Below, piece after piece: positions 1-8,855 of a stretch of 54,803 nucleotides of DNA. Position numbers and translations under genes: made by a program. A model generated the notes under the pieces. The model made no database searches, was not told where the DNA came from, and saw only the letters and a list, made by a program, of their open reading frames with translations. Within the stretch, counting starts at the first letter, position 1. Each line of letters starts with the position of its first letter. The stretch comes from Gemmatimonadales bacterium (lineage in GTDB: Bacteria > Gemmatimonadota > Gemmatimonadetes > Longimicrobiales > Gaopeijiaceae): the NCBI GenBank assembly GCA_007692505.1, contig REBX01000131.1:1-54803 (forward strand), written 5' to 3'.

Positions 1-1016
1 TGGAGGAGCTGGCCCGTCGGCTGGGGGTGTCGGTGGCGGACATCCACCGGGACCTGGAGGAGCTCCGCGCCCGCTCCGACTACCACCTGGCGGGGCTCGG
101 CGACGACATCCAGGTCGTGGCCCTGGACCGGGAGCGGGTGGAGCTCTGGACGAAGGGGCTCCTCCAGCGCCCGGTGCGCCTCTCCCCCCGGGAGGCCCTG
201 GCCCTGGACCTGGGGCTCCGGGCCCTGGAACGCCAGCAGACCGATGCAGCGTCCGAGGACCCCTCCCCGGACGAGGCCCTCTCCGCCGTCCGGAAGCGCC
301 TCCTGGAAGCCCTGGCCGCCCCCACCGGTCCGGCGGGGGCCCCGGCCGATCCGGCGTCCCTCCGCCTGGCCGACCTGGAGTCCCCCATCCCCCGGGAGGT
401 GGAGCGGGCCGCCGTGGACGGAGGCCTCCTCCGGATCCTCTACCGAGCCCCCGGGCGGACTCCGGCACCCAGGACCGTGGCTCCAAGGGAGCTGGTCCGC
501 GCCGAGGGGGCGTGGTACCTCCTGGCCTTCGACCCCGGTCGGGACGACCTCCGGGCCTTCCGCCTGGACCGGGTGCTGGAGGCCAGGGCCCTCCCCGACG
601 AGGCCCCGGCCCCCACACCGGCCGAGTCCCGTCGGCTGGCGGAGCTGGTGGAGGACGGAGCGGTCTTCGGACCCTCTGCCCAGGAGGACCTCCCCCGGGC
701 CACGGTGCGCTACGACGCCTCCATCGCCCGCTGGATCCGGGAGCGAGGCTGGCCCAGGACCCGGGAGGAGGAGGACGGCTCCCTCCTGGTGGAGCACGAC
801 GTGGCGGATCCAAACTGGCTGGTGGAGCATGTCCTGGGCTACGGGGGGGCGGCCCGGGTGCTGGATCCACCGGAGTTGGCCGGGAAGGTGGCGGAGGCGG
901 CGTCCCGGGTGGCCCGCCTCCACGAGGGGAACCCGGCGCCCACACCGGAGCCACGGGACCCCCCGGGCAAGCTCCGTCGGGCCGGTATGGACCCAGGCAA
1001 AGACCCCCGCACGTGA
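1..1016 (+). CDS. WYL-domain transcriptional regulator (wHTH-WYL-WCX, PafB/PafC/BrxR-like); N-terminus lies outside the window
   Basis: The frame is open from nt 3. EELARRLGVSVADIHRDLEEL looks like a wHTH. WYLLAFDPGRDDLRAFRLDRV is the WYL motif. The C-terminal ATVRYD...WLVEHVLGYGGAARVLDPPEL looks like a WCX extension. Stop is TGA at 1014-1016. Confidence 0.8.
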   Translation, partial: EELARRLGVSVADIHRDLEELRARSDYHLAGLGDDIQVVALDRERVELWTKGLLQRPVRLSPREALALDLGLRALERQQTDAASEDPSPDEALSAVRKRLLEALAAPTGPAGAPADPASLRLADLESPIPREVERAAVDGGLLRILYRAPGRTPAPRTVAPRELVRAEGAWYLLAFDPGRDDLRAFRLDRVLEARALPDEAPAPTPAESRRLAELVEDGAVFGPSAQEDLPRATVRYDASIARWIRERGWPRTREEEDGSLLVEHDVADPNWLVEHVLGYGGAARVLDPPELAGKVAEAASRVARLHEGNPAPTPEPRDPPGKLRRAGMDPGKDPRT

Positions 1017-1999
1017 AGCTCTCCGCTCTCCTGGCCCCCCTCCTCCTCGTCGCCTCCTGGGGCGTCCCGGACGACCCGTGCCTGGCCCTGGAGCTGGGCA
1101 CCTGGACCCCCGATCTGGTTCAGCCCGCCGACTCCATCCAGTTTGCCCTGCCAGGCCGGATCCGCCTCGCCGGACCCGCCGAGGACCTCCCCCCACCCCA
1201 TCCAACCCCCACCTCCGACTCCACCCCCGGCGCGACCCCCGCCGCCCACCCGGACGACGCGCACACCGAGGGGGCGATCCAGGTCCCCGACGGAGTCCTG
1301 GGAAGTGTCCACGGGCATCGGCGCTGGGAAGCCGGCCCCGACGGCAACCTGCTCTTCTCCTTCCGCGAGGGAGGCCTCCGGGTCCAGGTGGAGCTGGGTC
1401 GGCCCGACCCGGAGGGCCATCGGATCGGTTCGGCCAGGGGCACCCGCCAGGTGGAGGGCGAGGTGGAACGGGTGACCGAGGTCACGGCCCGTGCCGTGGA
1501 CTGCGGGGCGCCCATCCCCGAGGAGCATGCCTTCCGCTGGGAGTTCCCCGCCTCCCTCCCCCTGGGAACCGGCGACACCCTCCGGCTGGGTGGCACCGTC
1601 CCCTCCCCGCTCCTCGTTCCTGTCGAGGAGGCTCCGGGCGCCGGGGCCCCGTCCCCCATCATCCGGACCCCGGGGGTGGAGGAACGGGTCCTCCTGGGCC
1701 CGGAAGCGGCCTCGGGGATCCTGACCGGGGCCGGGCGAATCGAGGTCGGGCTCGCCCCCGACGGCCGAGTCCTGCACATTGACGTGGTCTTCCCCCCCGA
1801 GGGGAACGAGCGCAGGGACCTCCTGGACCGGATGTACCATCGTTTCGGGGACCCGACGATCTACTATGCACAGACCTTCGCGTGGGACGGGCGGGTCGTC
1901 CGACTCACCTTCGGCTCCCAGGTCACCGGACCCGGATGGGTCCTCCGGATGTCCGTCCGGGGAGACGACCTCCCGACTCGAGCTGCACCGGCCCCATGA
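1013..1999 (+). CDS. hypothetical secreted protein (signal peptide, no recognisable domain)
   Basis: A GTG at 1013 overlaps the upstream stop (GTGA). The N-terminus VKLSALLAPLLLVASW is signal-peptide-like. Composition past nt 1013 looks protein-like, whereas the Pro/Arg/Gly-rich upstream part of ORF 512..1999 does not. Confidence 0.55.
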   Translation: MKLSALLAPLLLVASWGVPDDPCLALELGTWTPDLVQPADSIQFALPGRIRLAGPAEDLPPPHPTPTSDSTPGATPAAHPDDAHTEGAIQVPDGVLGSVHGHRRWEAGPDGNLLFSFREGGLRVQVELGRPDPEGHRIGSARGTRQVEGEVERVTEVTARAVDCGAPIPEEHAFRWEFPASLPLGTGDTLRLGGTVPSPLLVPVEEAPGAGAPSPIIRTPGVEERVLLGPEAASGILTGAGRIEVGLAPDGRVLHIDVVFPPEGNERRDLLDRMYHRFGDPTIYYAQTFAWDGRVVRLTFGSQVTGPGWVLRMSVRGDDLPTRAAPAP

Positions 2000-2556
2000 A
2001 CCGATCCGCCGTTCTCCACTCCCGTCGAACCCGGGCCTCCGCCTGGTTCGCCTCCCTCCTCCTTTCCCTGCTCATGGTATGGGGAACCGAGGGAGCCGGG
2101 GCCCAGACCCCTCCATCCGACCCGACGGTCCAGCCCCATGGCTCCGTCCTGGTGGGCCAGGCCGGAACCGGAACGGCCGTCCATCGCTGGTTGGGACTGA
2201 ACGCCGGGGTGGTCCACGGTCGGTGGGGACTGGCCGGAGAGGTGCACCGGGGAGGAGGGAACGGCTTCTCGTCCATGTACCTGGGCGCCGGTCCCCTCAT
2301 CCGGCACTCGGTCCACCCCCGCCTGGAGGTCCGGGTCTTCACCGGCATCGGACACTACCGGGAACAGCTGGACCGGGATCGGCGGTCCCGGAGCGTGACG
2401 GGCCCCACGGCAGGGATGCAGTTCCGGGTACCTGCGGGCCCCATCGTCGTCCTGCTGGGCGCCACGGGCTGGCTCGGGTCCCACCAGGGAGAAGACACTC
2501 CCGAGGAAGCCATTCCCGGTCGAGGCCTCCGGCTCCTCCTGGGAGTCGGCCGATGA
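1996..2556 (+). CDS. small hypothetical outer-membrane/secreted protein (possible beta-barrel)
   Basis: ATG at 1996 overlaps the upstream stop (ATGA). Signal peptide is ASAWFASLLLSLLMVWGTEGAGAQ. The Gly-rich alternating pattern and C-terminal LRLLLGVGR suggest an OMP-like fold. Confidence 0.55.
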   Translation: MNRSAVLHSRRTRASAWFASLLLSLLMVWGTEGAGAQTPPSDPTVQPHGSVLVGQAGTGTAVHRWLGLNAGVVHGRWGLAGEVHRGGGNGFSSMYLGAGPLIRHSVHPRLEVRVFTGIGHYREQLDRDRRSRSVTGPTAGMQFRVPAGPIVVLLGATGWLGSHQGEDTPEEAIPGRGLRLLLGVGR

Positions 2557-5348
2557 GAACCCGGATCCCTGCCTCCTCCCGGCTCCACCTCCTCCTGCCG
2601 GCCCTCGTCCTGCTGGGCACCGCCTGGGGATGCACCGACGCCGACTCCATCCTCTTTCCCGGAACGGCACAGGTCCTGGTGGAGGTGGAGACGTCCACGG
2701 AGGGCCGGGCCGGGGAAGTCCTGGGGACCCCCCTCGTCCTGCGGACCGTGGACCGCTACGGGAATCCCGTTCCTGAAGTCGACCTCGTCTTCGACGTGGT
2801 AACCGGAGGCGGAGCAGTGGAGAACCCGCCGCCCCGGACGGACCGGAGCGGACGTGCTACCCTTCCACGCTGGCGCATGGGCCCCCAACCGGGCCGGAAC
2901 ACGCTGGAGGTTCGGGCCGGAGGCTCTGTCGTCACCCGGGTCGACGTGGCCTCCGGTCCGGGCCTGCCCCACCTCCTGCGCCTGGAGGGTGGCCCCTCCC
3001 CGGACTCGGTGACGGTGGCCCGGACGCTGGACGCGCTTCCCGCCGTCGTGCTGGAGGATCGATTCGGGACACCCATTCCCGACACGGTGCTCCTGGTCAG
3101 TGCGTCGTCCGGGGGATCCCTCTCCGGTTCGGAGCTCCGAACCGATGACCGGGGACGGGCCACCCTTCCGGCCTGGACCCTGGGGACAGGGGCCGGCCCC
3201 CAGTTCCTCCTGACGCGCCTCGGGGGCGTCACGGCTCGAATCGAAGTGGAGGCCCTCCCCGATGAACCCGCCCAGATCGAGTGGACTCCCCCCCTCGACC
3301 TCCAGGCAGTGGCCGGCCTCGAGCTTCCGGGCCGGCTGCAATTGGAACTCCTGGACCAGTTCGGAAACCGGATCCGGGCAGGCCACCAGGTCTCCGTAAC
3401 CGTTGCCTCCGGTGGCGGCTCCCTCCGGGACAGCTCCCTGGCCCCCGATGGAGCGGGAAGACTGGATGTCGGCATCCTGACTCTGGGCCCGACGCCGGGT
3501 CCCAATCGGATCCAGGCCGAGGTCGTCGGCCTGGAGTCGGCCGAACTCGTGGTGGAGGGAATGCCGGAGGAGTGGGAGCCCAGCGGCCTCTTCTTCCGGG
3601 TGGGAGCAGTGCACATGAACCAGGGCTCCCAACGGATGGACGGGAGCATCGGCCTCGTCCGGCATCGGGCAGGCATCGTCCGCGTCCTGCCCGTGTCGGG
3701 GCGGGTCGCCCCGAAGCTTCCCCCGGCCGAGGTCACCGTGTTCCGGGACGGACTGGAGGTTGCCCGACAGGTGGTCGAGCCCTCCAGCGCCCCCGTACCC
3801 GAGATGCTGGATCCCACCGGTGTTCAGGTCTCCTGGAACCTCCCGCTTCCTGCAGAGGCCGTTCTGGGGGACCTGGAGGTGCAGGTCCTCATCGATCCCG
3901 ACGAGGAGGCCCGGGTCGTCTCCCGTCGCTACCACACCTGGCCGGAGGACGGAGTCCCTCACCTCCTGGAGGTCGAGGATCTCCCACCCTTCATCGTGCG
4001 CTTCGTGAGCATGCGGGATGCATCCACCGGGATACGGGGCAACATCGACGAGGACAACTTCGACGCCTTCATCCAGGACACGAGACGGGTCTTCCCCATC
4101 GGCCGGGACTCCCTCTACCTGGGCCCCGACTTCGTCACCAGCCTCTTCAACGGTGGGGAGGTGACCACCGGCGCCCTGGTCCGCCTCTGGAACGCGTGGA
4201 ATGCCAGCCCCGAGCTCCGCAACGAGTTCCTCCACGGCATCTTCCCAGCCGGTCGGGCCAGCGGGTTCTCCGGTGTCGCATACCTGGGGACGAACCCCAC
4301 CAGCCCCTTCCTCCGCCCGGTGGGCATCACCTGGGATGCGCTGGGCTCCGGGGCCGGATTCACCGTGGCCCACGAACTGGGACACAACATGGGCCAGCCC
4401 CACGCACCCTGCGGGAACCCCTCGGGGGTGGACCCCAACTTTCCCCACCCCAACGCCTCACTGGGTGTGGTGGGCTACGACCACATCGATGGTCGACTCG
4501 TGACCCCCAACAACCACCGGGACCTCATGAGCTACTGCGGTCCCCGCTTCATCAGCGACTACAACTACGAGAGGGTCCTGGTGTGGAGAGACACCAGCCC
4601 CATGGGACGCGGAGGCCCGGGATCGGGGGGGACCGGCTCCGGAGCGGCGTTGCAGGGCGCAGGCCCCTCGGGTCCCGCAATCCAGGTGAGTGCGGTGGAG
4701 ACCGACAAGGGAATCCGCACCGGTCCCATCCTCCCGGTCCGGGTCCCGGCCACCCCCGAACCCTCCACCCCCTCCCACCGGATCCGGGGGTGGGATGCAC
4801 GGGGCCAGCTCCTCTTCGACCGGGGAGCCCAGGCCGTGACCCTCTCCCACGCCCCCGACCCCTCCGAGCAGCATGTGGGCGCCGTGGTCCCCCTCTCTGC
4901 AGTGGACCTGGAGGCGCTGGACCGGGTCAGTGTGGACCCGGTGGGGGCGCCATCGGCCGCCCCGCCCGTGCCCCCCACCGCTGCCCTGGAGGATCGAACG
5001 TCCGATGATGCCCCTTCCCGGGTGCAGTGGAGTCGGGTGTCCCGTCTGGACGGAGGCCTGGAAGAGGCCCGCTCAGGCATTCGCCTGGAGGGGCCGGGCA
5101 TCCTCATGGAACCCGGTCCGGGCAGGGCCCCACCGGCCTATCTGGAGAACGGCCTGGAGCTCCACTGGGACCCCATGGTGTTCGTGCAGGTCGTGGTCCG
5201 GCACCCGGACCGGGACCAGATCCTGGGGATCGTGGATGGAGGTCATCTCCGTCTCGACCTCTGGGACCACCCGGTTGAACTGGAGTTCTCCGACGGCATC
5301 CGGAGCTGGTACTGGGGCTCCGACGGGCTGGAGCCACGGACGCCCTGA
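2553..5348 (+). CDS. probable lipoprotein with three Ig-like (Big/invasin-type) repeats and a C-terminal metzincin-type zinc metalloprotease domain
   Basis: ATG at 2553 overlaps the upstream stop (ATGA). The LLGTAWGC sequence is lipobox-like. Three repeats of the form D(R/Q)(Y/F)GN/TP(V/I)...GGG(A/S)...D..GRATLP are present. HELGHNMGQPH matches HExxHxxGxxH, followed by a DLMSYC Met-turn candidate. Confidence 0.75.
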   Translation: MRTRIPASSRLHLLLPALVLLGTAWGCTDADSILFPGTAQVLVEVETSTEGRAGEVLGTPLVLRTVDRYGNPVPEVDLVFDVVTGGGAVENPPPRTDRSGRATLPRWRMGPQPGRNTLEVRAGGSVVTRVDVASGPGLPHLLRLEGGPSPDSVTVARTLDALPAVVLEDRFGTPIPDTVLLVSASSGGSLSGSELRTDDRGRATLPAWTLGTGAGPQFLLTRLGGVTARIEVEALPDEPAQIEWTPPLDLQAVAGLELPGRLQLELLDQFGNRIRAGHQVSVTVASGGGSLRDSSLAPDGAGRLDVGILTLGPTPGPNRIQAEVVGLESAELVVEGMPEEWEPSGLFFRVGAVHMNQGSQRMDGSIGLVRHRAGIVRVLPVSGRVAPKLPPAEVTVFRDGLEVARQVVEPSSAPVPEMLDPTGVQVSWNLPLPAEAVLGDLEVQVLIDPDEEARVVSRRYHTWPEDGVPHLLEVEDLPPFIVRFVSMRDASTGIRGNIDEDNFDAFIQDTRRVFPIGRDSLYLGPDFVTSLFNGGEVTTGALVRLWNAWNASPELRNEFLHGIFPAGRASGFSGVAYLGTNPTSPFLRPVGITWDALGSGAGFTVAHELGHNMGQPHAPCGNPSGVDPNFPHPNASLGVVGYDHIDGRLVTPNNHRDLMSYCGPRFISDYNYERVLVWRDTSPMGRGGPGSGGTGSGAALQGAGPSGPAIQVSAVETDKGIRTGPILPVRVPATPEPSTPSHRIRGWDARGQLLFDRGAQAVTLSHAPDPSEQHVGAVVPLSAVDLEALDRVSVDPVGAPSAAPPVPPTAALEDRTSDDAPSRVQWSRVSRLDGGLEEARSGIRLEGPGILMEPGPGRAPPAYLENGLELHWDPMVFVQVVVRHPDRDQILGIVDGGHLRLDLWDHPVELEFSDGIRSWYWGSDGLEPRTP

Positions 5349-5388
5349 CCACGATCACGGGCCGGGGACAGGGCAGCAGACGACATGC

Positions 5389-5417
5389 TTGACCCCCGGC
5401 TGTGACTCCGGTCATCT
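5389..5417 (+). promoter_or_regulatory. candidate sigma70-type promoter for the TetR gene (possibly leaderless), with an embedded TGAC-N4-GTCA palindrome
   Basis: TTGACC (5389-5394), 17-nt spacer, TCATCT (5412-5417). The ATG at 5424 lies 7 nt after the -10 element. The palindrome TGACtccgGTCA sits inside the spacer. Confidence 0.3.
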
Positions 5418-5423
5418 TGGAGC

Positions 5424-6173
5424 ATGACCTCTTCCAGCCCTCATTCCGGTTCTCCTGCCCGACGGCGCCGCGCCCGTCGCCGCACCCGACTTCCTGCAGC
5501 CGAAATCCATCGGCAACTCTACAGCACGGCCCTGGACCACTTTCGGGCCCGGGGATACGAGGAGACTTCGGTGGCGTGCCTGACCCGGGAGGCCGGGGTC
5601 GCCAAGGGCACCTTCTTCAACCACTTCCCCTCCAAGGAGCACCTCCTGGGGACCTGGTTTGCCCGACGCTGGACGGAGGCGCTGGCCCGGGCCCACAAGG
5701 AGGACGCCCGGGGAACAGATGCTGCCGTGGTGGTGGCCGCCGACCTGGCCGATTCGGTGAGGGCCGACCCCAGCCTGGCCCGGAGCGCCCTGGAGCGGTG
5801 GCATGCCCTCCCCTGGCCCGATAACGGGGAAGGGATCCAGGAGGGGGGTGGGATCGCTCCCGGGGGCCGGACCGGGACCACGGTGCCCACCCGAGTCCGG
5901 TCCTGGTTCGAAGCCCGCCTGGCCGAAAGCCTTGCCATGGCGGTTCCCCTGGAGCCCGTTGAGCCTGAGGACCTGGCGGCGATCCTGACAGCGGCCCTCC
6001 CGTCCGCACTCCTGGACGCCCTGCCCCCGGCCGACGCCTCTCCCTCTTCCGACTTCTCCGATGACGGGGAGCCGGGGGCTGCGGCCCGACGAACGGCGAC
6101 CCTCCTCCGGGCATCCGGGTATGTCGCCATGAACCCGCCGGACCCCCGGGGCCCGGAGCGCTCGGCGGATTGA
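5424..6173 (+). CDS. TetR/AcrR family transcriptional regulator
   Basis: The N-terminal HTH LYSTALDHFRARGYEETSVACLTREAGVAKGTFFNHFPSKEHLL is a typical TetR_N signature. Confidence 0.85.
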   Translation: MTSSSPHSGSPARRRRARRRTRLPAAEIHRQLYSTALDHFRARGYEETSVACLTREAGVAKGTFFNHFPSKEHLLGTWFARRWTEALARAHKEDARGTDAAVVVAADLADSVRADPSLARSALERWHALPWPDNGEGIQEGGGIAPGGRTGTTVPTRVRSWFEARLAESLAMAVPLEPVEPEDLAAILTAALPSALLDALPPADASPSSDFSDDGEPGAAARRTATLLRASGYVAMNPPDPRGPERSAD

Positions 6174-6204
6174 CCCCCGCACCCCAGATCCAGAGCTCTT
6201 CCGA

Positions 6205-7284
6205 ATGACTCGTCGCTCGATCTCCCTCCCGGCTGCGCTCTCCGTGGCCGCGCTCCTCCCCCTGGCCCCGCTCCTCCACGGGACGGGTACGTCGGATACT
6301 CCTTCCTACCCCTCCCCCACGAACGCGCCCGTAAATGCACCGTCCACTGCTCCTGGCGCGTCGGTAGCCCATGGCGCGGAAGCCGCCGAGGCCCGGGCCC
6401 ACTCCTCTCGCGAGGATCGGGCCCACGCCTCCCGCCTGTGGGGCGCCGTGGGACATGGCTACGCGGCCACCGCCGCCATGGAGACCCTGCCGGAGGGCAT
6501 GCCCGAGTTCTTCCTGGAGGCCCGGGACCAGCTCGTCTGGCTGAACCCCGAGCCCGACCGGTGGCGGGACAGCGACTACCCCGAGATGAACGAGGGCTTC
6601 CGCTATGACCACTACATCGACCTGGAGAACATTCCGGATCCGTCCATCCTGGACGAGGCAGGCGATCGGTGGCAGTTCTACGCGGCGCTCCTCGAGGCTG
6701 GCGTGGAGAACCCCCAGCGGGACGTGGGCTTCCTCCCCTTCGCCGTGGTGGAACTCCAGCAGCGCCTCGTGAACGGCTTCGTCCGCTGGAGGACCGCCGA
6801 CGACCCGGTGGAGCGCCGCTGGATCGAGGAGCGGATCATCAACGATGCCGGCATCATGGGGCACTACATCACGGACGGGTCCCAGCCCCATCACACCACG
6901 ATCCACTTCAACGGATGGGACGAGGAACAGGTCCCCAATCCCGAGGGCTACACCACGGACCGGGGCTTCCACTCCCGCTTCGAGACCCGCTTCGTGAATG
7001 CCCACGTGGAGCAGGACCATGTCTCGCCCAGGGCGATGGCACGGGAGGCCCGGGATCTCTCCCACGACGTCCGCGGCGAGGTCATCGACTTCGTCCGCTA
7101 CGTGAACAGCTACGTGGAGGAGCTCTACCGCATCGACCGGGACCACGGGTTCGAGCCCGACGAGCCCGCAGACCCAGTGTCCCTGGAGTTTGCCGCCGAG
7201 CGGATCGCCGACGGAGCCGCCATGCTCCGCGACCTGTGGTGGTCGGCCTGGCTGGAGAGCGAGGCCGTGGCGGAGGGCGGCTGA
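6205..7284 (+). CDS. S1/P1 nuclease-like (zinc-dependent nuclease / phospholipase C superfamily) secreted protein
   Basis: A signal peptide is followed by WGAVGHGYAATAA (the WGxxGH start of mature S1/P1 nucleases). Also present are DHYIDLE and HYITDGSQPHHTTIHFNGW (an HxxxDxxQPxH-like zinc-ligand block). Confidence 0.6.
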   Translation: MTRRSISLPAALSVAALLPLAPLLHGTGTSDTPSYPSPTNAPVNAPSTAPGASVAHGAEAAEARAHSSREDRAHASRLWGAVGHGYAATAAMETLPEGMPEFFLEARDQLVWLNPEPDRWRDSDYPEMNEGFRYDHYIDLENIPDPSILDEAGDRWQFYAALLEAGVENPQRDVGFLPFAVVELQQRLVNGFVRWRTADDPVERRWIEERIINDAGIMGHYITDGSQPHHTTIHFNGWDEEQVPNPEGYTTDRGFHSRFETRFVNAHVEQDHVSPRAMAREARDLSHDVRGEVIDFVRYVNSYVEELYRIDRDHGFEPDEPADPVSLEFAAERIADGAAMLRDLWWSAWLESEAVAEGG

Positions 7285-7319
7285 CAGCCCGGCTCGATCC
7301 CGCCCGTCCCGGCAGGCCC

Positions 7320-7361
7320 GAACCGGCCGCCGGCCCCGGCTCCGGGGCAGGCGGCCGGTTC
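7320..7361. terminator. long GC hairpin between convergent genes (candidate bidirectional terminator)
   Basis: GAACCGGCCGCC ... GGCGGCCGGTTC forms a 12-bp perfect stem. It encloses an inner hairpin GCCCCGG-ct-CCGGGGC. No U-tract is present. Confidence 0.5.
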
Positions 7362-7398
7362 CATTCAGGTCAGCCGGGAACCCCGGGCAACCGGTGAT

Positions 7399-8136
7399 TC
7401 ATTCCGACCCGTGCCTCAGGGCACCCAGCGGCTGAAGGGCCTGGGCGTCCAGGCCAGGGCCACCTGGGGCCCCAGAGTTCGAGAGGTCATGGCCGTAGCT
7501 CACGTCCACCAGGAGCCGCTCGGGCACCACCTCCATGCGAAGCCCCGCCTGCGTCTCCACCTCGTCCGACCCCATACCGAAGACCTCGGCGATGACGGTC
7601 CAGCGCGAATGGATGGGGAGGTCACCCCGCACACCCCAGATGGCCGCGCTCTCCCGCTCCACCTCCCCGACCCCCTGGGGGTCTTCCGTTACCAGGAGCC
7701 GGTTCATCATGGCCCCTGCATTCAGGTGGAGCATGGCCTCCCGTCCCGCAGAGGTCAGGGTGAGGGGGAGGTAGGCCATGGCCTCGGCCACCCGGGGCCC
7801 GTCGGTGGAGAAGGGAACGGCCACGCCCCCTACCAGGCCCAGTTCGGCAACGCCCCGACTCCAGATCGTGCTCTTCCCCTCCAGGATGGCGTGTCCGCGA
7901 CGGCTCCCCATGCCGGCATCGAAGACGGCCACACCGGTGGTGACCTCGAAGCCCGTCACCAGCTGGCAGGCGGGGAGGAACCAGGCCTCCTCCCCGCCGC
8001 CCCATGTCTCCAGCTGACAGGCACCGTAGTCCGTGATGCCGGCATCGTCCACGACCCAGGGCTGGGCCTGGATCCCGGCGGGAAGGGCAAGGAGGGCGAG
8101 AACGAGGAAGAGGCTGCGAAAGCGTCCGTTCGTCAT
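7399..8136 (-). CDS. hypothetical secreted/outer-membrane protein
   Basis: ATG at 8136 gives MTNGRFRSLFLVLALLALPAGIQAQP, a signal peptide. The body is Gly/Ala/Val-rich with alternating beta-strand-like segments. The ORF track start at 8157 is a TTG. Confidence 0.6.
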   Translation of the reverse strand: MTNGRFRSLFLVLALLALPAGIQAQPWVVDDAGITDYGACQLETWGGGEEAWFLPACQLVTGFEVTTGVAVFDAGMGSRRGHAILEGKSTIWSRGVAELGLVGGVAVPFSTDGPRVAEAMAYLPLTLTSAGREAMLHLNAGAMMNRLLVTEDPQGVGEVERESAAIWGVRGDLPIHSRWTVIAEVFGMGSDEVETQAGLRMEVVPERLLVDVSYGHDLSNSGAPGGPGLDAQALQPLGALRHGSE

Positions 8137-8325
8137 GTCGGGTCGGGTTCGGGACAACAGGCAGAAGGCCGGTCAACAGGCCGGGGCCTCGACCTCGAAG
8201 GCGGGGCCGAACAAAAATCCGGAACCCAATCTCGAAGACCCCGACCCTCCTGTCCACGACCCCCGACCCGCTCCCAGGTTCGGGTTGGAGTGGTCCGGGA
8301 AGGGCGGACACCCGGACACTTCGGC

Positions 8326-8388
8326 GGCCACCTGGACACCTTTTCTGGCCACCTGGACACCTTTGCTGGCCGTCTGGACACCCTGGCG
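8326..8388. repeat. 21-bp tandem direct repeat x3 (GGCCACCTGGACACCTTTkCT); the GGACAC core occurs five times from 8303
   Basis: Read directly: units at 8326-8346, 8347-8367 and 8368-8388. Two more GGACAC cores occur at 8306-8320. Confidence 0.85.
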
Positions 8389-8414
8389 GCCGCACTCCAG
8401 CGCCCCGAGCCGCT

Positions 8415-8450
8415 GGTGCAGTTCCATTCATTATCGGCCGCAAGTGCACC
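8415..8450 (+). repeat. degenerate third copy of the GTGCAG...TGCAC hairpin element
   Basis: GGTGCAgttccattcattatcggccgcaaGTGCACC has a 6-bp stem and an AT-rich loop. The loop resembles those of the 8856/8915 hairpins (TTCAnTA..GG). Confidence 0.45.
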
Positions 8451-8559
8451 CGCAGCGCGCATTGGGCCGACGCCCACCCCGCCCGCCCTGCGACGCCCCG
8501 CGCCCCGTCCGACTCACTCGCCCCGCGCCCTCTGCCAAGCTTTTTACCCCCACCAACGG

Positions 8560-8625
8560 TAGAATATACTAAAAACTAATAAGTCCGTCGGCAGGGCAGT
8601 ACGCTATACAAAATACTAATAAGTA
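8560..8625 (+). repeat. AT-rich twin box (ATAyAnnAAAAnCTAATAAG x2); homologous to 31605-31670
   Basis: tagaatatactaaaaactaataag (8560-8583) and ctatacaaaatactaataag (8604-8625) stand out in a ~70% GC background. They align with the two boxes at 31605-31670, which have the same spacing. Confidence 0.8.
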
Positions 8626-8688
8626 GAGGGCGGCTCTGCTGCCCGCCATCCATTATTCGGACCCGGGGGATGGCACAAAAGAGCGGGG

Positions 8689-8759
8689 CCCAGCCCGCCC
8701 CACGGCTACGAAGCGAAGCCCACGGGCCCAGCCCGCCCCACGGCTACGAAGCCCACGGG
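8689..8759. repeat. tandem duplication, 38 + 33 bp (CCCAGCCCGCCCCACGGCTACGAAGC[GAAGC]CCACGGG)
   Basis: Read directly. The second unit is identical to the first except for a 5-nt deletion. Confidence 0.85.
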
Positions 8760-8855
8760 CTCGGAAAGACCCACGACCCCGAAGCCCCCACCGGAAGCCC
8801 GAAGTCTCCGCCGGGATCCAGGGGTTCGGAAGTCCGCGCCCCGATCCCCTGCGCG

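Noticed and set aside
244-1782. Many very long ORFs lie in alternative frames or antisense to the called genes. Examples are 244..1782, 2355..4448(-), 5617..7146(-), 12100..14781(-), 15964..18927, 17066..19633(-), 23462..26698(-), 33273..35945, 36283..38934, 40737..43175, 40771..43215(-) and 48748..50982.
   Set aside because: Their translations are dominated by Pro/Arg/Gly/Ala runs and carry no motifs. Open frames of this kind are expected in ~70% GC DNA, where stop codons are rare. In each case the overlapping frame that I called carries clear family signatures.
8326-8625. A plasmid- or chromosome-type replication origin (iterons plus an AT-rich unwinding element); the same applies to 31512-31670.
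   Set aside because: I found no DnaA-box-like TTATCCACA sequences. No rep, dnaA or par gene is adjacent. Two such loci lie only 23 kb apart in what looks like ordinary chromosomal context. The architecture is still reported as a finding, but not called as an origin.
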